The notes under the pieces were generated by a model. That model was not told the DNA's origin and ran no database searches. It worked only from the letters and a program-made list of their open reading frames with translations. The position numbers were made by a program, and so were the translations under genes. From Klebsormidium nitens (Eukaryota > Plantae > Klebsormidiophyceae): 64,000 nucleotides of DNA. Where the stretch lies: positions 1-64,000 of the forward strand of contig DF237118.1 of the NCBI GenBank assembly GCA_000708835.1, given 5' to 3'. Positions 1-11,100 of the stretch are shown here, piece by piece. Numbering within the stretch: position 1 is the first letter of the stretch; each line of letters starts with the position of its first letter.

Positions 1-581
1 ATGACAGAGAGGAGTGCCGCGCTGACGACGGCATCTCGATTCTCGTGATGGTCGCATCGGTCAGAAAGAAGTACCTAGGTATACGTAGGTACTCAGGTGC
101 ACGTCAGTACTCATGTGCAGGCCGAAATTTGCTCATGAGTTGATGTCAAATCCTCCAGAGCAGACGTATTACGATATACTAAACGTGCAAGGTGGCAAGG
201 GGGACGGCGCCGTGGGAGCTTTGCCAAGCTAGCATGAGCCAAGGTGTGGCAGCTTCCAAGTACTACTAGGTAGTTGCGACCACTACCTAATCTACTCATT
301 GACGTAGACCGCGCCTCCGACCAAGCTAGTCTGACAAGACTTTGACCGGCCACTCAAAAAGGAACTGAAGGTGGAGTAGCTTCATTTGCTAGTCCCTCGT
401 TTGCCCCAGCCAAGCCCCCTGCTTTGCTTCCTCTTTGGCGGCTACACAATGCAAGCTAAGTCAACCTGCCAGCTAGTACTACTGCGGCAACAGGCTTATC
501 CTTGTAACTCTTTGTGCTGTCTTTTGATCTCTCCACATTGAGCTTTGGCGGCGCGCTGCAGCCAGCTTCTGAATTTTTGAA

Positions 582-1715
582 ATGGCTTCTCCCTTGGATG
601 TCATTCCCCCCCGCCGCTGGGCCTTCCTCTGGTTCGCCCTCCTATTGGCTGGTTATTGCGTCTACTGCGGCCTGCTTATCGCGCGCGCTTACAAGCTCCA
701 GAAGTTCCCCCTAGTTGTGTCGCAAGTTGACACCACAGTGCCCATCCGCATGCCGTACGTAGCCCTCTGCGCTGACGCCGGTAGTCAGTTCACTTATGAT
801 ACGAGCCCGTGCATCCAGCCTGAGTTCTACATCTGCCAGGTGGCGCAGCGCTTATTGGTCAGCTCGCCAAACCCCCCATTTCGTTTTGGGGGTGTAAATT
901 ATTCTGCTGCTGAACAGTGGTTCAAGCCCTGCCCGGGGAGGGACTCCGAAGGCACCCTGCCCTTCAGTCAGAACGGAGACGAGTATTACTCCAACTGCGT
1001 TTGGGAACCTCTTCCGGAGCTGGGGTTCTTCTGCATGGGGTTTGACTTAACCGCGCTCAGCCTTGACCCGGCTAAAGAGAAGGACAAAGCCAGTCTCAAG
1101 GTGGCGGCCACCCTGCAAATGGACTTTTACTCCATCAATAACCCGACGAACAAACCCTGGACGTGTACGAGCTCGTTCTGCCCGAAGCTCACGGCCTGGC
1201 TGGGGGCCAGCCGTGCTGACGTCATCACGGTGGCGCGCCAGGGCCTGCAGGGGGGCGACTTGGGACTCAAAGTGTCAAAAACGGAGGCGGGGGTTCGCCA
1301 TATGTACATCTTTCCACATGCCTGGACAACGATGAAGCTCCAGCCGATCGGGAAAAAGTTCCTCAGCGGGTTGCAGACGTACGGGTTTGCGCAGCCGACG
1401 CTGACTTCTCAGCAGAGGGTTGACCTCAACAACAACACGGCTTTCCAGATTCTGATGGAGCTCCCGGATGAGGGGGTTCTGTACGAGGTGGAACAGACCC
1501 CCTGGCTGCCACTGTTCTCGCAGTTGTCGGGGTCGTGGGTTATTGTACCACTTGTATTCGGGCTGCTTTACGTTTCGAAGGAGAGCAAGCCAATGCTGCA
1601 CGCACTCACCTTGGAAGATGTCCGGTCCTGGCTGCCGTGGAGCTCAAAGAAGGTCGACGGGAGGGGGGGCGAAAAAATCGGGGTTTTGAGAGCGCCTAGC
1701 TCCCCCTCTGTTTGA
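582..1715 (+). CDS. Intronless 377-aa two-transmembrane protein with a large Cys-containing loop; candidate DEG/ENaC/PAC-like channel subunit
   Basis: Uninterrupted GC3-rich ORF. Hydrophobic TM1 (~W13-Y37) is followed by FPLVVSQVDTTVPIRMPYVALC. The loop has several Cys and N-glycosylation sequons (NYS, NNT). TM2 region reads EQTPWLPLFSQLSGSWVIVPLVFGLLY. The CDS is well supported; the family call is a motif comparison from memory. Confidence 0.75.
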   Translation: MASPLDVIPPRRWAFLWFALLLAGYCVYCGLLIARAYKLQKFPLVVSQVDTTVPIRMPYVALCADAGSQFTYDTSPCIQPEFYICQVAQRLLVSSPNPPFRFGGVNYSAAEQWFKPCPGRDSEGTLPFSQNGDEYYSNCVWEPLPELGFFCMGFDLTALSLDPAKEKDKASLKVAATLQMDFYSINNPTNKPWTCTSSFCPKLTAWLGASRADVITVARQGLQGGDLGLKVSKTEAGVRHMYIFPHAWTTMKLQPIGKKFLSGLQTYGFAQPTLTSQQRVDLNNNTAFQILMELPDEGVLYEVEQTPWLPLFSQLSGSWVIVPLVFGLLYVSKESKPMLHALTLEDVRSWLPWSSKKVDGRGGEKIGVLRAPSSPSV

Positions 1716-2184
1716 TGTGTTTTCGAGGTGAGGATCTCGAGCAGCCTTGCTAATTTCGTTCTAAGAGGGAACGTCGGACGGCGGGTTTGGAATGAAGTCT
1801 CTGATGGCTGTACCAATTATGCCACACTTGCCAGGCATGGCAGAAAGTAGGAGGTCGGCATCGAAGCTTTTTCTGAGAGAACCAAGTCGGCTTCAGTCTG
1901 TCAAGTGCTGCGTATTTTGGCCCCCAGGAAAAAACGAAGCGTCTACTAGAAGATCATTTGTATAGGCTGTCAATTGAAAGCCAAGAGATTGTAAGTGCTC
2001 GATTCGCAGCTTGTGAGGGCTTTCATTAAATCGATTACTGTGCACATTAAAAGGACGTAGCTGCCTGAAGTACGACCGAATCCCGCGTTTTGTCGGTACA
2101 GTAGGAACAGAAGACACTGACTTTGTTGCAGAAAGCCCACTGCAAGTCAAGTAGACGACGCAAACGCGTGCCCAGCTTTAGATT

Positions 2185-3042
2185 CATCACAAACTTGCCC
2201 CCCCGACAAATTGGCGCCTGATAAGCGCCAAATGGGTTTGCTCCAGATAGGCAACAAAGATTACAACACTTTGACACAACAAAGGCACCGAATATGCTTT
2301 GAGGGACTAAGTGACACCCAATTGACACGAGCCTTTTGGTCGTCAAATATGCTTCAGATCCAATTTGGTGTTCTTCTGGTGACACTTTGGAGCCTGTTGG
2401 GCGGCTTTACAACAGTTTGGTACGGGCATGGGTGGCGCCTTTTAGGCGCCAATCNNNNNNNNNNNNNNNNNNNNNNNNNNNNNNNNNNNNNNNNNNNNNN
2501 NNNNNNNNNNNNNNNNNNNNNNNNNNNNNNNNNNNNNNNNNNNNNNNNNNNNNNNNNNNNNNNNNNNNNNNNNNNNNNNNNNNNNNNNNNNNNNNNNNNN
2601 NNNNNNNNNNNNNNNNNNNNNNNNNNNNNNNNNNNNNNNNNNNNNNNNNNNNNNNNNNNNNNNNNNNNNNNNNNNNNNNNNNNNNNNNNNNNNNNNNNNN
2701 NNNNNNNNNNNNNNNNNNNNNNNNNNNNNNNNNNNNNNNNNNNNNNNNNNNNNNNNNNNNNNNNNNNNNNNNNNNNNNNNNNNNNNNNNNNNNNNNNNNN
2801 NNNNNNNNNNNNNNNNNNNNNNNNNNNNNNNNNNNNNNNNNNNNNNNNNNNNNNNNNNNNNNNNNNNNNNNNNNNNNNNNNNNNNNNNNNNNNNNNNNNN
2901 NNNNNNNNNNNNNNNNNNNNNNNNNNNNNNNNNNNNNNNNNNNNNNNNNNNNNNNNNNNNNNNNNNNNNNNNNNNNNNNNNNNNNNNNNNNATGGGTGGC
3001 GCCTTTTAGGCGCCAATCTGTCGGGGGGGGGGTTTTGTGATG
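2185..3042. mobile_element. Putative non-autonomous inverted-repeat element (MITE-like) spanning the assembly gap
   Basis: 2185-2230 and the reverse complement of 2997-3042 align without gaps over 46 nt with 8 mismatches (catcacaaa..cccccccgaca(a/g)attggcgcct...gcgcca). The interior has four TGACAC motifs. No convincing TSD found. Confidence 0.45.
2455..2991. other. Assembly gap (537 N)
   Basis: Run of N. The same 27-mer atgggtggcgccttttaggcgccaatc sits immediately on both sides (2428-2454 and 2992-3018). Confidence 0.99.
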
Positions 3043-3657
3043 TTGCTCCTTTGGAGTTGGAAAACCGTACAGTTTGCAGCGCGGGCGCTACGATTGCGAG
3101 GATGTTGTTGGATGTTCGCATAATTTGGCAAGTTCCCTTGCTTCCGAGGCTTGTCATGCTCTTCTCAGAAGGTCTGAACGGGCAAACCTGTTTACACGCC
3201 ATCATTGATTGGAGGCTTGTCGAGGGACATGATATTTTCTCGCTCGAATCAGCAAGTTCTAGCCTAAGGCTTCCTCCCGGCCATATGTTCAATGTCTCGA
3301 AGTGTGATCGACGAAGATATCCGCCTTATCAGATATCTTTCCATTCTGTTTTGCTTCCAGTGTTCACGCGTCTGTACTTATTAGACTTTTTTGAACTTCG
3401 CGTCACTTACTGACAAGCAACTACTCGCCCTTTTCGCAGGAGCTTCGTCCAATAATCTGCGGATTCGGAACTCGAGGAAGCGGTAACAAGTGAAGGAGAT
3501 CAATCGGATAAAGTAGGTCTAGTCACGGGGTCCGAGGTTTGATGCTCATTTGCACACGTACTACTCATTCAGCATTTTTTGAGTCTTACAGAGGGGCCAA
3601 GGATTCTCCCTAGGAGATCTAGCGACGTAATTGCAGACGTCAACTATACGATGTCGG

Positions 3658-4790
3658 TCAATCGGCAGGATTGCTAATATGATGCGAGGGCCGGTTTTCA
3701 GTGAAGCGGACAACAGCCAGCAATTCGTGCGACCGGTCCGTCATCGATTCGTGCCCGACCTGGAGGAGTTTGACTTCGAGGTCACGCATTCCGCGTGCGA
3801 GCTGCACAAAAGGCAACGAAAGAAAAGTAGGAGATGATGTTGCACTCGGGCTTAACTAATTGGGTTTTCCCGCACGACCAGCTTATTCTCTGCTTCAGCC
3901 GGAACGTTTTTCCGTTTGAGGTGATGCAGTGGACCGTTCAATATAAGTGAACAAATCATGGCAAGAACTTCGGTTCTGGCAAAACGTCAGCCTAATGTGA
4001 TACCGACCGTTAGCCTACATGTTCTTTGATATCGAAGCTGATCAATGCAGATTTAATACGTTTCTGATTGCAGTGAAGTTGGAGCCAGTCTGCTTGGTGG
4101 ACAACTTTATTCCGAGCTTGCCACTTACAGTCTTTGCAAATCAGCACCCTTGCTTCATCATAAATGCACATACGGCGGTGTGGCTTTCAATCACAGATCG
4201 GATGGAAACCTGACCTTTGAGAATTTGCTTATTGAGCTTTACTATATGATACGGCGGCAACTTGAGATATTTGACTTCGAATTCGTCGATCTTAATGAAA
4301 ACAACCTGGCTAGCACGTGCGACGTTCAACGCGCGGGCTTAGCAAAAGAATAATGTGCACACGATGCAGTCAGGGCTATGACGTATAACAAACTTTGCTG
4401 TGCCAGTCTTGCTGTCTGCCCAGTCTTCTGATACTCCATATGGAGCCCTGACTCGAGCTCCACTGACGTTAATTGTGTTCAAGTTGCATATCTTGTGGCA
4501 GACCCCTTGACCAACAAGAGACGACAAAGAGCTCTGGCAAGGCTTCACTAAGGCTTACACAAGTACGCATGATCTCGTGCCAAGATGGCCCAGGATGGCC
4601 TTGCTGGCCTCCCATCTCGGTATAGCTGGTAATCGACTGCGCCACGGCCGTCAACCAACTGTAGGGCATGCATCCTGACGGTCCGGACTGGTGGAGCCCG
4701 CTCACAGTCCGCTCGCAGTGGGAACGGATTCCGTTCCGTCCAGGTCGTCACAAGCGGCCGGACTCTAGTCTGAATCTTTCTCTTGCTCAT
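3658..4790 (-). CDS. Hypothetical ~189-aa protein, tentative 4-exon model
   Basis: Exons 4790-4559, 4337-4215, 4089-4019 and 3801-3658 join with GT-AG ends and matching phases (1,1,0) into one open frame (MSKRKIQTRVRP...DHAYL/SRALNVARASQVVFIKIDEFEVKYLKLPPY.../DWLQLHCNQKRIKSALISFDIKEH/LARGMRDLEVKLLQ...). No recognisable domain; one acceptor is the less common AAG. Confidence 0.4.
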
Positions 4791-5084
4791 CTAACTTCTA
4801 AGTTTACACCTATTTAGAATCAAATAATAATTTAGCTCTTTGCACATGCAGTGGCAGTGACGATCGAGGCCATGGCGGCTGCAGCTACGAGAACTTTTTG
4901 AAAGGTTGTCTCAGCTGAGGACAGCGCGTCAACCTGGCCTTCGGCAAGGAAAGCATGAACCTGGCGTAGAGACACGAGTGTGCGCTGCTACAGTATACAG
5001 GGTTCAGAAGCAATGCTCTTTAGCCTTATCGCTTCTTTGATCGTTGTAAAACTCCAATGACTTGCGGCAGGGCCTGGGTGCACA

Positions 5085-6928
5085 ATGGTCCAGACTCGAA
5101 GTACCGTTCAAAAGGCTGCTGTCCTTTGGCAGCGAGGAAAGCATGGGCGGCTGGTCAGATTGCGCAATCATACAGAAAGAAGGTCAGATTGTCGACATTC
5201 TCAAGCAACCAAACGCCGGCGCACAGAATTAAACAACAACCATAGTAGCAACACGCATCCCTCCCTCTCAGAGCTGCAAAGTTTGCATGATGGAGTGGTG
5301 GCAATTTCCACGAACGTCGATGCTGGCAGGATCCTACATCCTGAGCTGCAAGATCTCCCTGATGAGCTGCTGGCACATATCTTTTCCTACCTCCCGTTTG
5401 ACGAGGTCCTCAGACTGGCCTCCGTGTGTCAGAGCTGGCGCACTGCATCCGAATTTCCCCAGGCCTTTACAAATGTGGACTTTGCCTGGGTGGACCTGAT
5501 TCCTGCACAAGGCTCGGACGAAATCCTGGATCTCACCAGCAGCGAGTATGAGCCACCTCCAAAGCGGTCTGGTATACTTGCAGAATACTTGTTAGGGAGA
5601 GCAGGTGCGCTGGCCTTTCTGCGGCTGGGGCTGGTCTCTCAGAATGGCAAGCGAAGAGGAATGGCAAGGCCTGCGCAGATTTTGGACCTTGTTTCTGCAT
5701 CGAGGAATCTTCAGGCACTCCACTTAGTATCTTCAAGTAGCAGCTCGGGATTGCCTTCGAACCTGCAGCAGGAGGTGCTGAAAGCTGTTGAAAAGTCATG
5801 CCCGCGCCTGACATATCTGAAGATCTCTGGAGAGGTCTTTGCCGAAGCAGGTGGGTAATCCTTCGAATAATCTTTCAAGCAAGACAAGAAAACAGATTGC
5901 ATGGAAAAAGCTGTTTAGCCGAAGCGTTATTCTGGTCCATTCGCTATTAATCTGTTTTGAGGATAAGATGTCGAAACGTATCAGCCCTGTGCCATGACCG
6001 CCAAACTTTTCCCATGCAATCTTTGTATCGACTCTGCCAGCCAGTCACAATACTCAAAGATTCTGCTCTTGATCAGAGTGGCTCAATGAACACTGGCGTA
6101 TCTTCACTTTCTGGTTTGAGGTAGCATGCGTTCACAACAACATACAAACCTCGTGCTTGTACTTTGCGAACCAAACTACAAGATGTAAACTGCTGAGCAT
6201 GTCAAATTGATTCTTCTGTTCGGCAAAACGCTGATCTCCTCTACCACAATCAGGACTGACGTTCCCCAGCATCAGAGTGCTCAAACTTCGTGACTCTCTT
6301 TTGGACCGTTGCAGCAGTAAAGAATCGGTGAGCCCCTTTGCAATCACTTCGTGAATGGTACTTTCACACATAGTTCAGACTGCCTTTGTTAGCTAACAGA
6401 AACGAAGTCAAGGATTGCCCGCCTATCAAGCGTCCCTTACCGTAAGCGACACATGTATAGAAGTACTAGCAGGAGAGCACTCCCATGGCGACAGGCACGG
6501 TATCTTTATTGCAGCACACTTTCGATACCAGAATAAAGAGCTCACCAGCTAAGCAGGCATTTGATTCAGATCTGACAAAAATAATTGGTATGCAGCTTGG
6601 ACAGGGAATAAACAGACATACGAATCTCAAGTCCCTGAGCTTGTGCGGCCGTATATCAAGGGAAAGCAGTGCTCTTCATATCGAGTCCCAAAGCCTGACA
6701 AGCTTAAAGTTGCAACCAAGAAAGAGATTGTACCTGTCGAGCGTCACTTGCCCAAACCTTGTCAACGTAGCAATTAAGGGTCTCGTCCACCAACTTGCCC
6801 CAATCGTCCTGAAAGGCTGTCCGTGGCTGGATCAGCCGCCAGAGCTACAGTGGAGGGACACTGATGGACTACCTCCTTTGTACTCCATAAAATGGCTCAA
6901 TTCAAAGGTAGTCGATAAGGAAAGGTGA
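5085..6928 (+). CDS. F-box protein with C-terminal LRR-like repeats
   Basis: Canonical F-box LQDLPDELLAHIFSYLPFDEVLRLASVCQSWRTAS. Exons 5085-5850, 6254-6327 and 6596-6928 join in phase, giving LRR-like segments (NLQALHL, CPRLTYLKI, FPSIRVLKL, TNLKSLSL, CPNLVNVAI). Confidence 0.85.
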
Positions 6929-7878
6929 GCAGGAGATACCGTGGGGCTGGTCGCTGAGATTTCTACCATTTTGAGAACTACACGTGATGATCTAGTTGCA
7001 CCGCAATTTGAGCTATCAAATGCATTGAGAGAACCTCTCAGCATATACGCTTCGCTCTTTTGGTTTGTAATAACGCAAGCCGTTACTCAAATACTGCTCT
7101 GAATTATTGCGCTGCTTTGGATTGCCACAGCTGTTGGTAAGGTCAAGTGACTTGAACCGGCCCAGGCGCAACTTCCTTACTCAATCAGGCGGCAGGCTCT
7201 TGTACAGCATGCCTTCAGGATCGAAAGACCTCGACCCGTTCAGTGATCGACCTGGCAAACGTCGATCATGGACACTGGTTACTTCGCTTGTCTCATCGTG
7301 AGTCGACCTTGTCACAGTGTATGATCAATAGGCCCGCCGGGCCGTATTGAGCATGTCTTTTAATTGGAACGTGGAGCCTGCAGCCGCAGCCAGTGGCAAT
7401 CTTCCGAGCTTTCAATTTGTACATGCCACTGAATCAGATAGTACGAATTCTGAGTGACGGCGTCTCCTCATACAATGTCGAGTGCATGACGCCGCTCTGC
7501 CAGTGCGCATGGCCACCTTTACGACCGCTTATGTATAAGAACTTGAAGCTTGAATGTCCGGTCGGCCCGTCGCTATGGTTTGCAGCTGCACCAAATATAA
7601 GCTGATACATTTGGATCGGACGTCACACACCGCGCGCTGCTATTTGGACGGTTTACTTAGTATGAATGCCCCGCCCATAAGATAAGAATGGGATTCAACG
7701 GTGTATACTTGACTGTAATTCCTATGCACTCCACCTGAAGCTCTCCTGGTTACACTGGATCTATCTTGCATACTCATTGCATCCCATGCTCGAGGAACGG
7801 ATGCAGCATCATGCATGAGGTGCAGGACCACTCACAAGATCACAAGCTCGACTGACTTCGCAAGGCATGATAATGCAT

Positions 7879-7960
7879 CATCCGGTCACAATTGGAACGA
7901 TATGATATGCCCTTTGCGTCATCCGGTCACAATTGTAACGATACGATATGCCTTTTGCGT
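7879..7960. repeat. 41-nt tandem duplication (2 copies)
   Basis: catccggtcacaattggaacgatatgatatgccctttgcgt followed directly by catccggtcacaattgtaacgatacgatatgccttttgcgt. Confidence 0.9.
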
Positions 7961-8115
7961 CTCAGGGAACTGTCGTCGACCACGACAGGATCATTGGATC
8001 TCAAGGTGACACACTTGCACTGCAGAAGTATGGCACGTTGACAGCCGAAGTATGCATCGTCGGTTGACCTCATAAGTCCGAAGCCCCAAGCTCGGCTATC
8101 TAAACGCACTGCTGA

Positions 8116-11100
8116 TCACGCTTTGCCACCAACCTTTGGATACGAATCCCGCAAGGTGACCGTCCGGTTGAATATCGTCCGACCTGGCTTCGAATCCGTG
8201 TCAACGCAAAAGTACCCTGCGCCGAAAAGGTCACGTGTCAGGCAATATATATCCACATTCCGCCCTTCCTTGACGAAGTGCAGCCGACAATTTAGCAGGT
8301 CTACTAATCCGTCCACCATGTTCCGTATCCAGGCCTGAGTTCTAAACAAGTCGAGAGTACACTTCGAATAATTACATCGGCCGTGAGCCGACCACAAGAA
8401 TAAAAGCATCTCTGCAGAACGACCTACGCTCCATCCTGACCACCATAATTCTGAGACTACGATAAGCAAGCGCAAGGATTTAGCATTGCGTTACTAATGC
8501 ACCCCATCTCACCAACGGATTGTTCGTATCCAGCAAATGGGCACAACATGTATCTTCCGTGCGTCTCCAACATCATCTGGCCTGAATCCGCCCAAAAGGG
8601 TAAATCCATTACGTGCCATCTGAATCAAACATGAACCTGGACCGCCGCCGGGTTCTGTCAGCAGCGAGACCTGTCTTCGCAAGAAGCTCTTTGAATCTAA
8701 CGAGAGCATGAAAATGAAAACTCACCCAGGCGCTCAAACTGGAACTTGTCCCCAATCCGGGCGTCCGCCAAATGGGGCACTGCCAGAGCGTCCGAAATCA
8801 CGGTCTTGGAGTTCGGATTCAGGTCCGCTAGCCAGTCGTCCAGCTCGTTCGGGTTCTGCACGAACGTTTTCCGTGTGTCATATAACCTTTTTGCGATTTC
8901 AACAAGCTTGGCGCTTACTTTGAACCGGGCTCAGGAAGTTAGGCAGTTGTCCCGATGAAGGGTGCAAGCACGACAACCTCCTCGATGTCCATCCTGCTCG
9001 CGCAATCCGCTTTCGTTGAAAACGTAACAATGACTGAAACGGAAATGAACAAGAAAGCAGCGGCGAAGACCACCGCAGGAAACGAGGGGCCGTTGCTTCT
9101 GACGACGACAAACTACATCTGAAGGCTGGGACGCTGTATAGAGTACGTCAGATCCATGACGAGTTGTCATCGAAAGACCTGACACCACTCACTTTGCCAA
9201 AGTGCGGCGAGAATCCTTACCTCGGACTTGAACAGCCGGTCAATCAGCCGCACCTCCACCTTGAGGGGCGATACGCCAGGAGCGGGTTCAGAAACCCAAT
9301 GAATGACCCCCTGTAAGCAGGATTTACGCACTCTGTTTCGGATAACTCCTAACTCGCGGCTTCTTCTGGCTGGTGCCCAACTTGTAAGTAGATAAGCCGC
9401 AGGAGGTCGATACGCAGATTCAGAGACCGGATCCATAAGAAAGCGGAGAAACGAAGTCCGGTCCTGACGGTCTCCATTGATGCACCAGGAGTTCTTGCAG
9501 ACGGGCGGTGATTGAAGGTGCTCAAGTACCGAGTTCGACTAGAAGCTACTGGAATATGGAAACGACTCCGCCGTGCATGGCGCGTTGCACGGCTCGGAAT
9601 AAAAGAAAGTCACAGGAAGAGCACCTAGTCCGTAGAAGAGGTGCGTTCATCTCCACACTTGCAACACAACCACGGGGCTTTGCTTGGCCGATCCAGCTTT
9701 CGAGCTGGTGCAACCCAACGTTTTCAAAAAGACAAGCGGTTTTCTCTCAAATAAGAGACCAATGATTGCGATTTGAGGGGAGTGGTATTTCACAGGCGTT
9801 CGGCAGGGCCGTCGACAATTGTCGCTCGAACCAGGATTGGCGGTCCTGACACCAGCATCTAAAGCCATAGTCATCTGCGAAGCGTTGCCTTGACTACAGT
9901 ACGAAGCGGAGTCGTTTTGTTGACAGCCGTGATTATCTGGAGCAAGAGTTTACGTGGCAATCATCAAAGAGACGCCGCTCTCACCTTTGGCTTCGTGCTC
10001 TTCTCCGGGTCGTACGTCGCCCGCACTTCCACAATCGTCTCGTTGTCCGGCCCCGTTACGATTTCGGTGCAAGTGATTGGGTACGCATATCTGCACGAGG
10101 TCAAATTGCTTAGCGAGCAAGGAGGAGCCTTAGCTCAACTTCTAAGACCGATATGGTCATGCACAGAAGATTTTACGTGCGTGCTACATTTTCTAGCTTT
10201 GGCTGTTTATAGTCCGTCAGCAACAAAGCCGTCCTGGAGTAGGCGGCTGAAAGGCCCCCACGAAGTTAACCGTGGAAAGCCTGAATCTGAAAGCCTCGCT
10301 ATCCCTGGATAATGACGTAGCAGCAAAGTTGAGGGAAACACGATTGCGTGCGGCACCTTGCGAATGCGATGCCAGAATTGCGCCAAAGACGGTTTTTACA
10401 CGGCCTGAAAATCACGAGTGCCCTGTCCACATGCATAAACCACAGGCGGCCTGCCGCATACTCGTTTGTGCTCATTTCTAGGAGAATTTATAGCTTTGTG
10501 TTGCAAGGACTCTAGAGTAGGTAGACTGCTCTACCAGCATGTTCGCATACTGTGGACAATCTCTGGAAGCCGTCAGCACCTACCTGAGCATGACGGTCTT
10601 TCCCGGCGCGAGGCCGTAGTAGTCTTTCGAATCCTTTAGCCGTACGTCCGTGTCCTCGATGTAAATCACCCGGGAGAAGGGCACCTGCAAAAAGAGACGA
10701 GCGGGGCTTTTGGATCTGTCACGTCTTGCTCAAGAAGACGTGACAGCAAAAAGTCTTCCCTTTCTCCCCTACTCCGGGACTGATCTCTTTTTGCAAATAC
10801 CTGGTGCGTGCGCTATCGGATTTTCAGCAACGTCTTGTTCAGCGACGATGGGAAAAGGCAGGAATTCGACCATGGTGAAAGCCAAGGACTCGAGCATCAT
10901 ATTGATAACGGAACGGACTTGCTGAGGAGTCGTCAGTTTCAGTTCCTCGGCAGCATCGCTCCCCGTAACAAAGCAGTTGGATCGCAGCAACGAATGCTCG
11001 GTTACCCTCTTAGCCGACCCTGAGAGGCTTTTGGCCATCCGTGCCGACTAATTACTCGCTCAAGTACCAGCACTTCGCTTCCAAACGTTCCTCAGGAAAT

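Noticed and set aside
2211-3413. Long ORFs (2211-3413, 2336-3040, 2354-3292) in the ORF track
   Set aside because: They stay open only because they run through 537 N; the flanking translations have no coding character.
7326-7349. Small GC-rich hairpin (caataggcccgccgggccgtattg), plus similar palindromes at ~31250-31330 and ~56950-57060
   Set aside because: Short isolated stems in 3' intergenic DNA with no TIR/TSD or RNA-family features; indistinguishable from chance.
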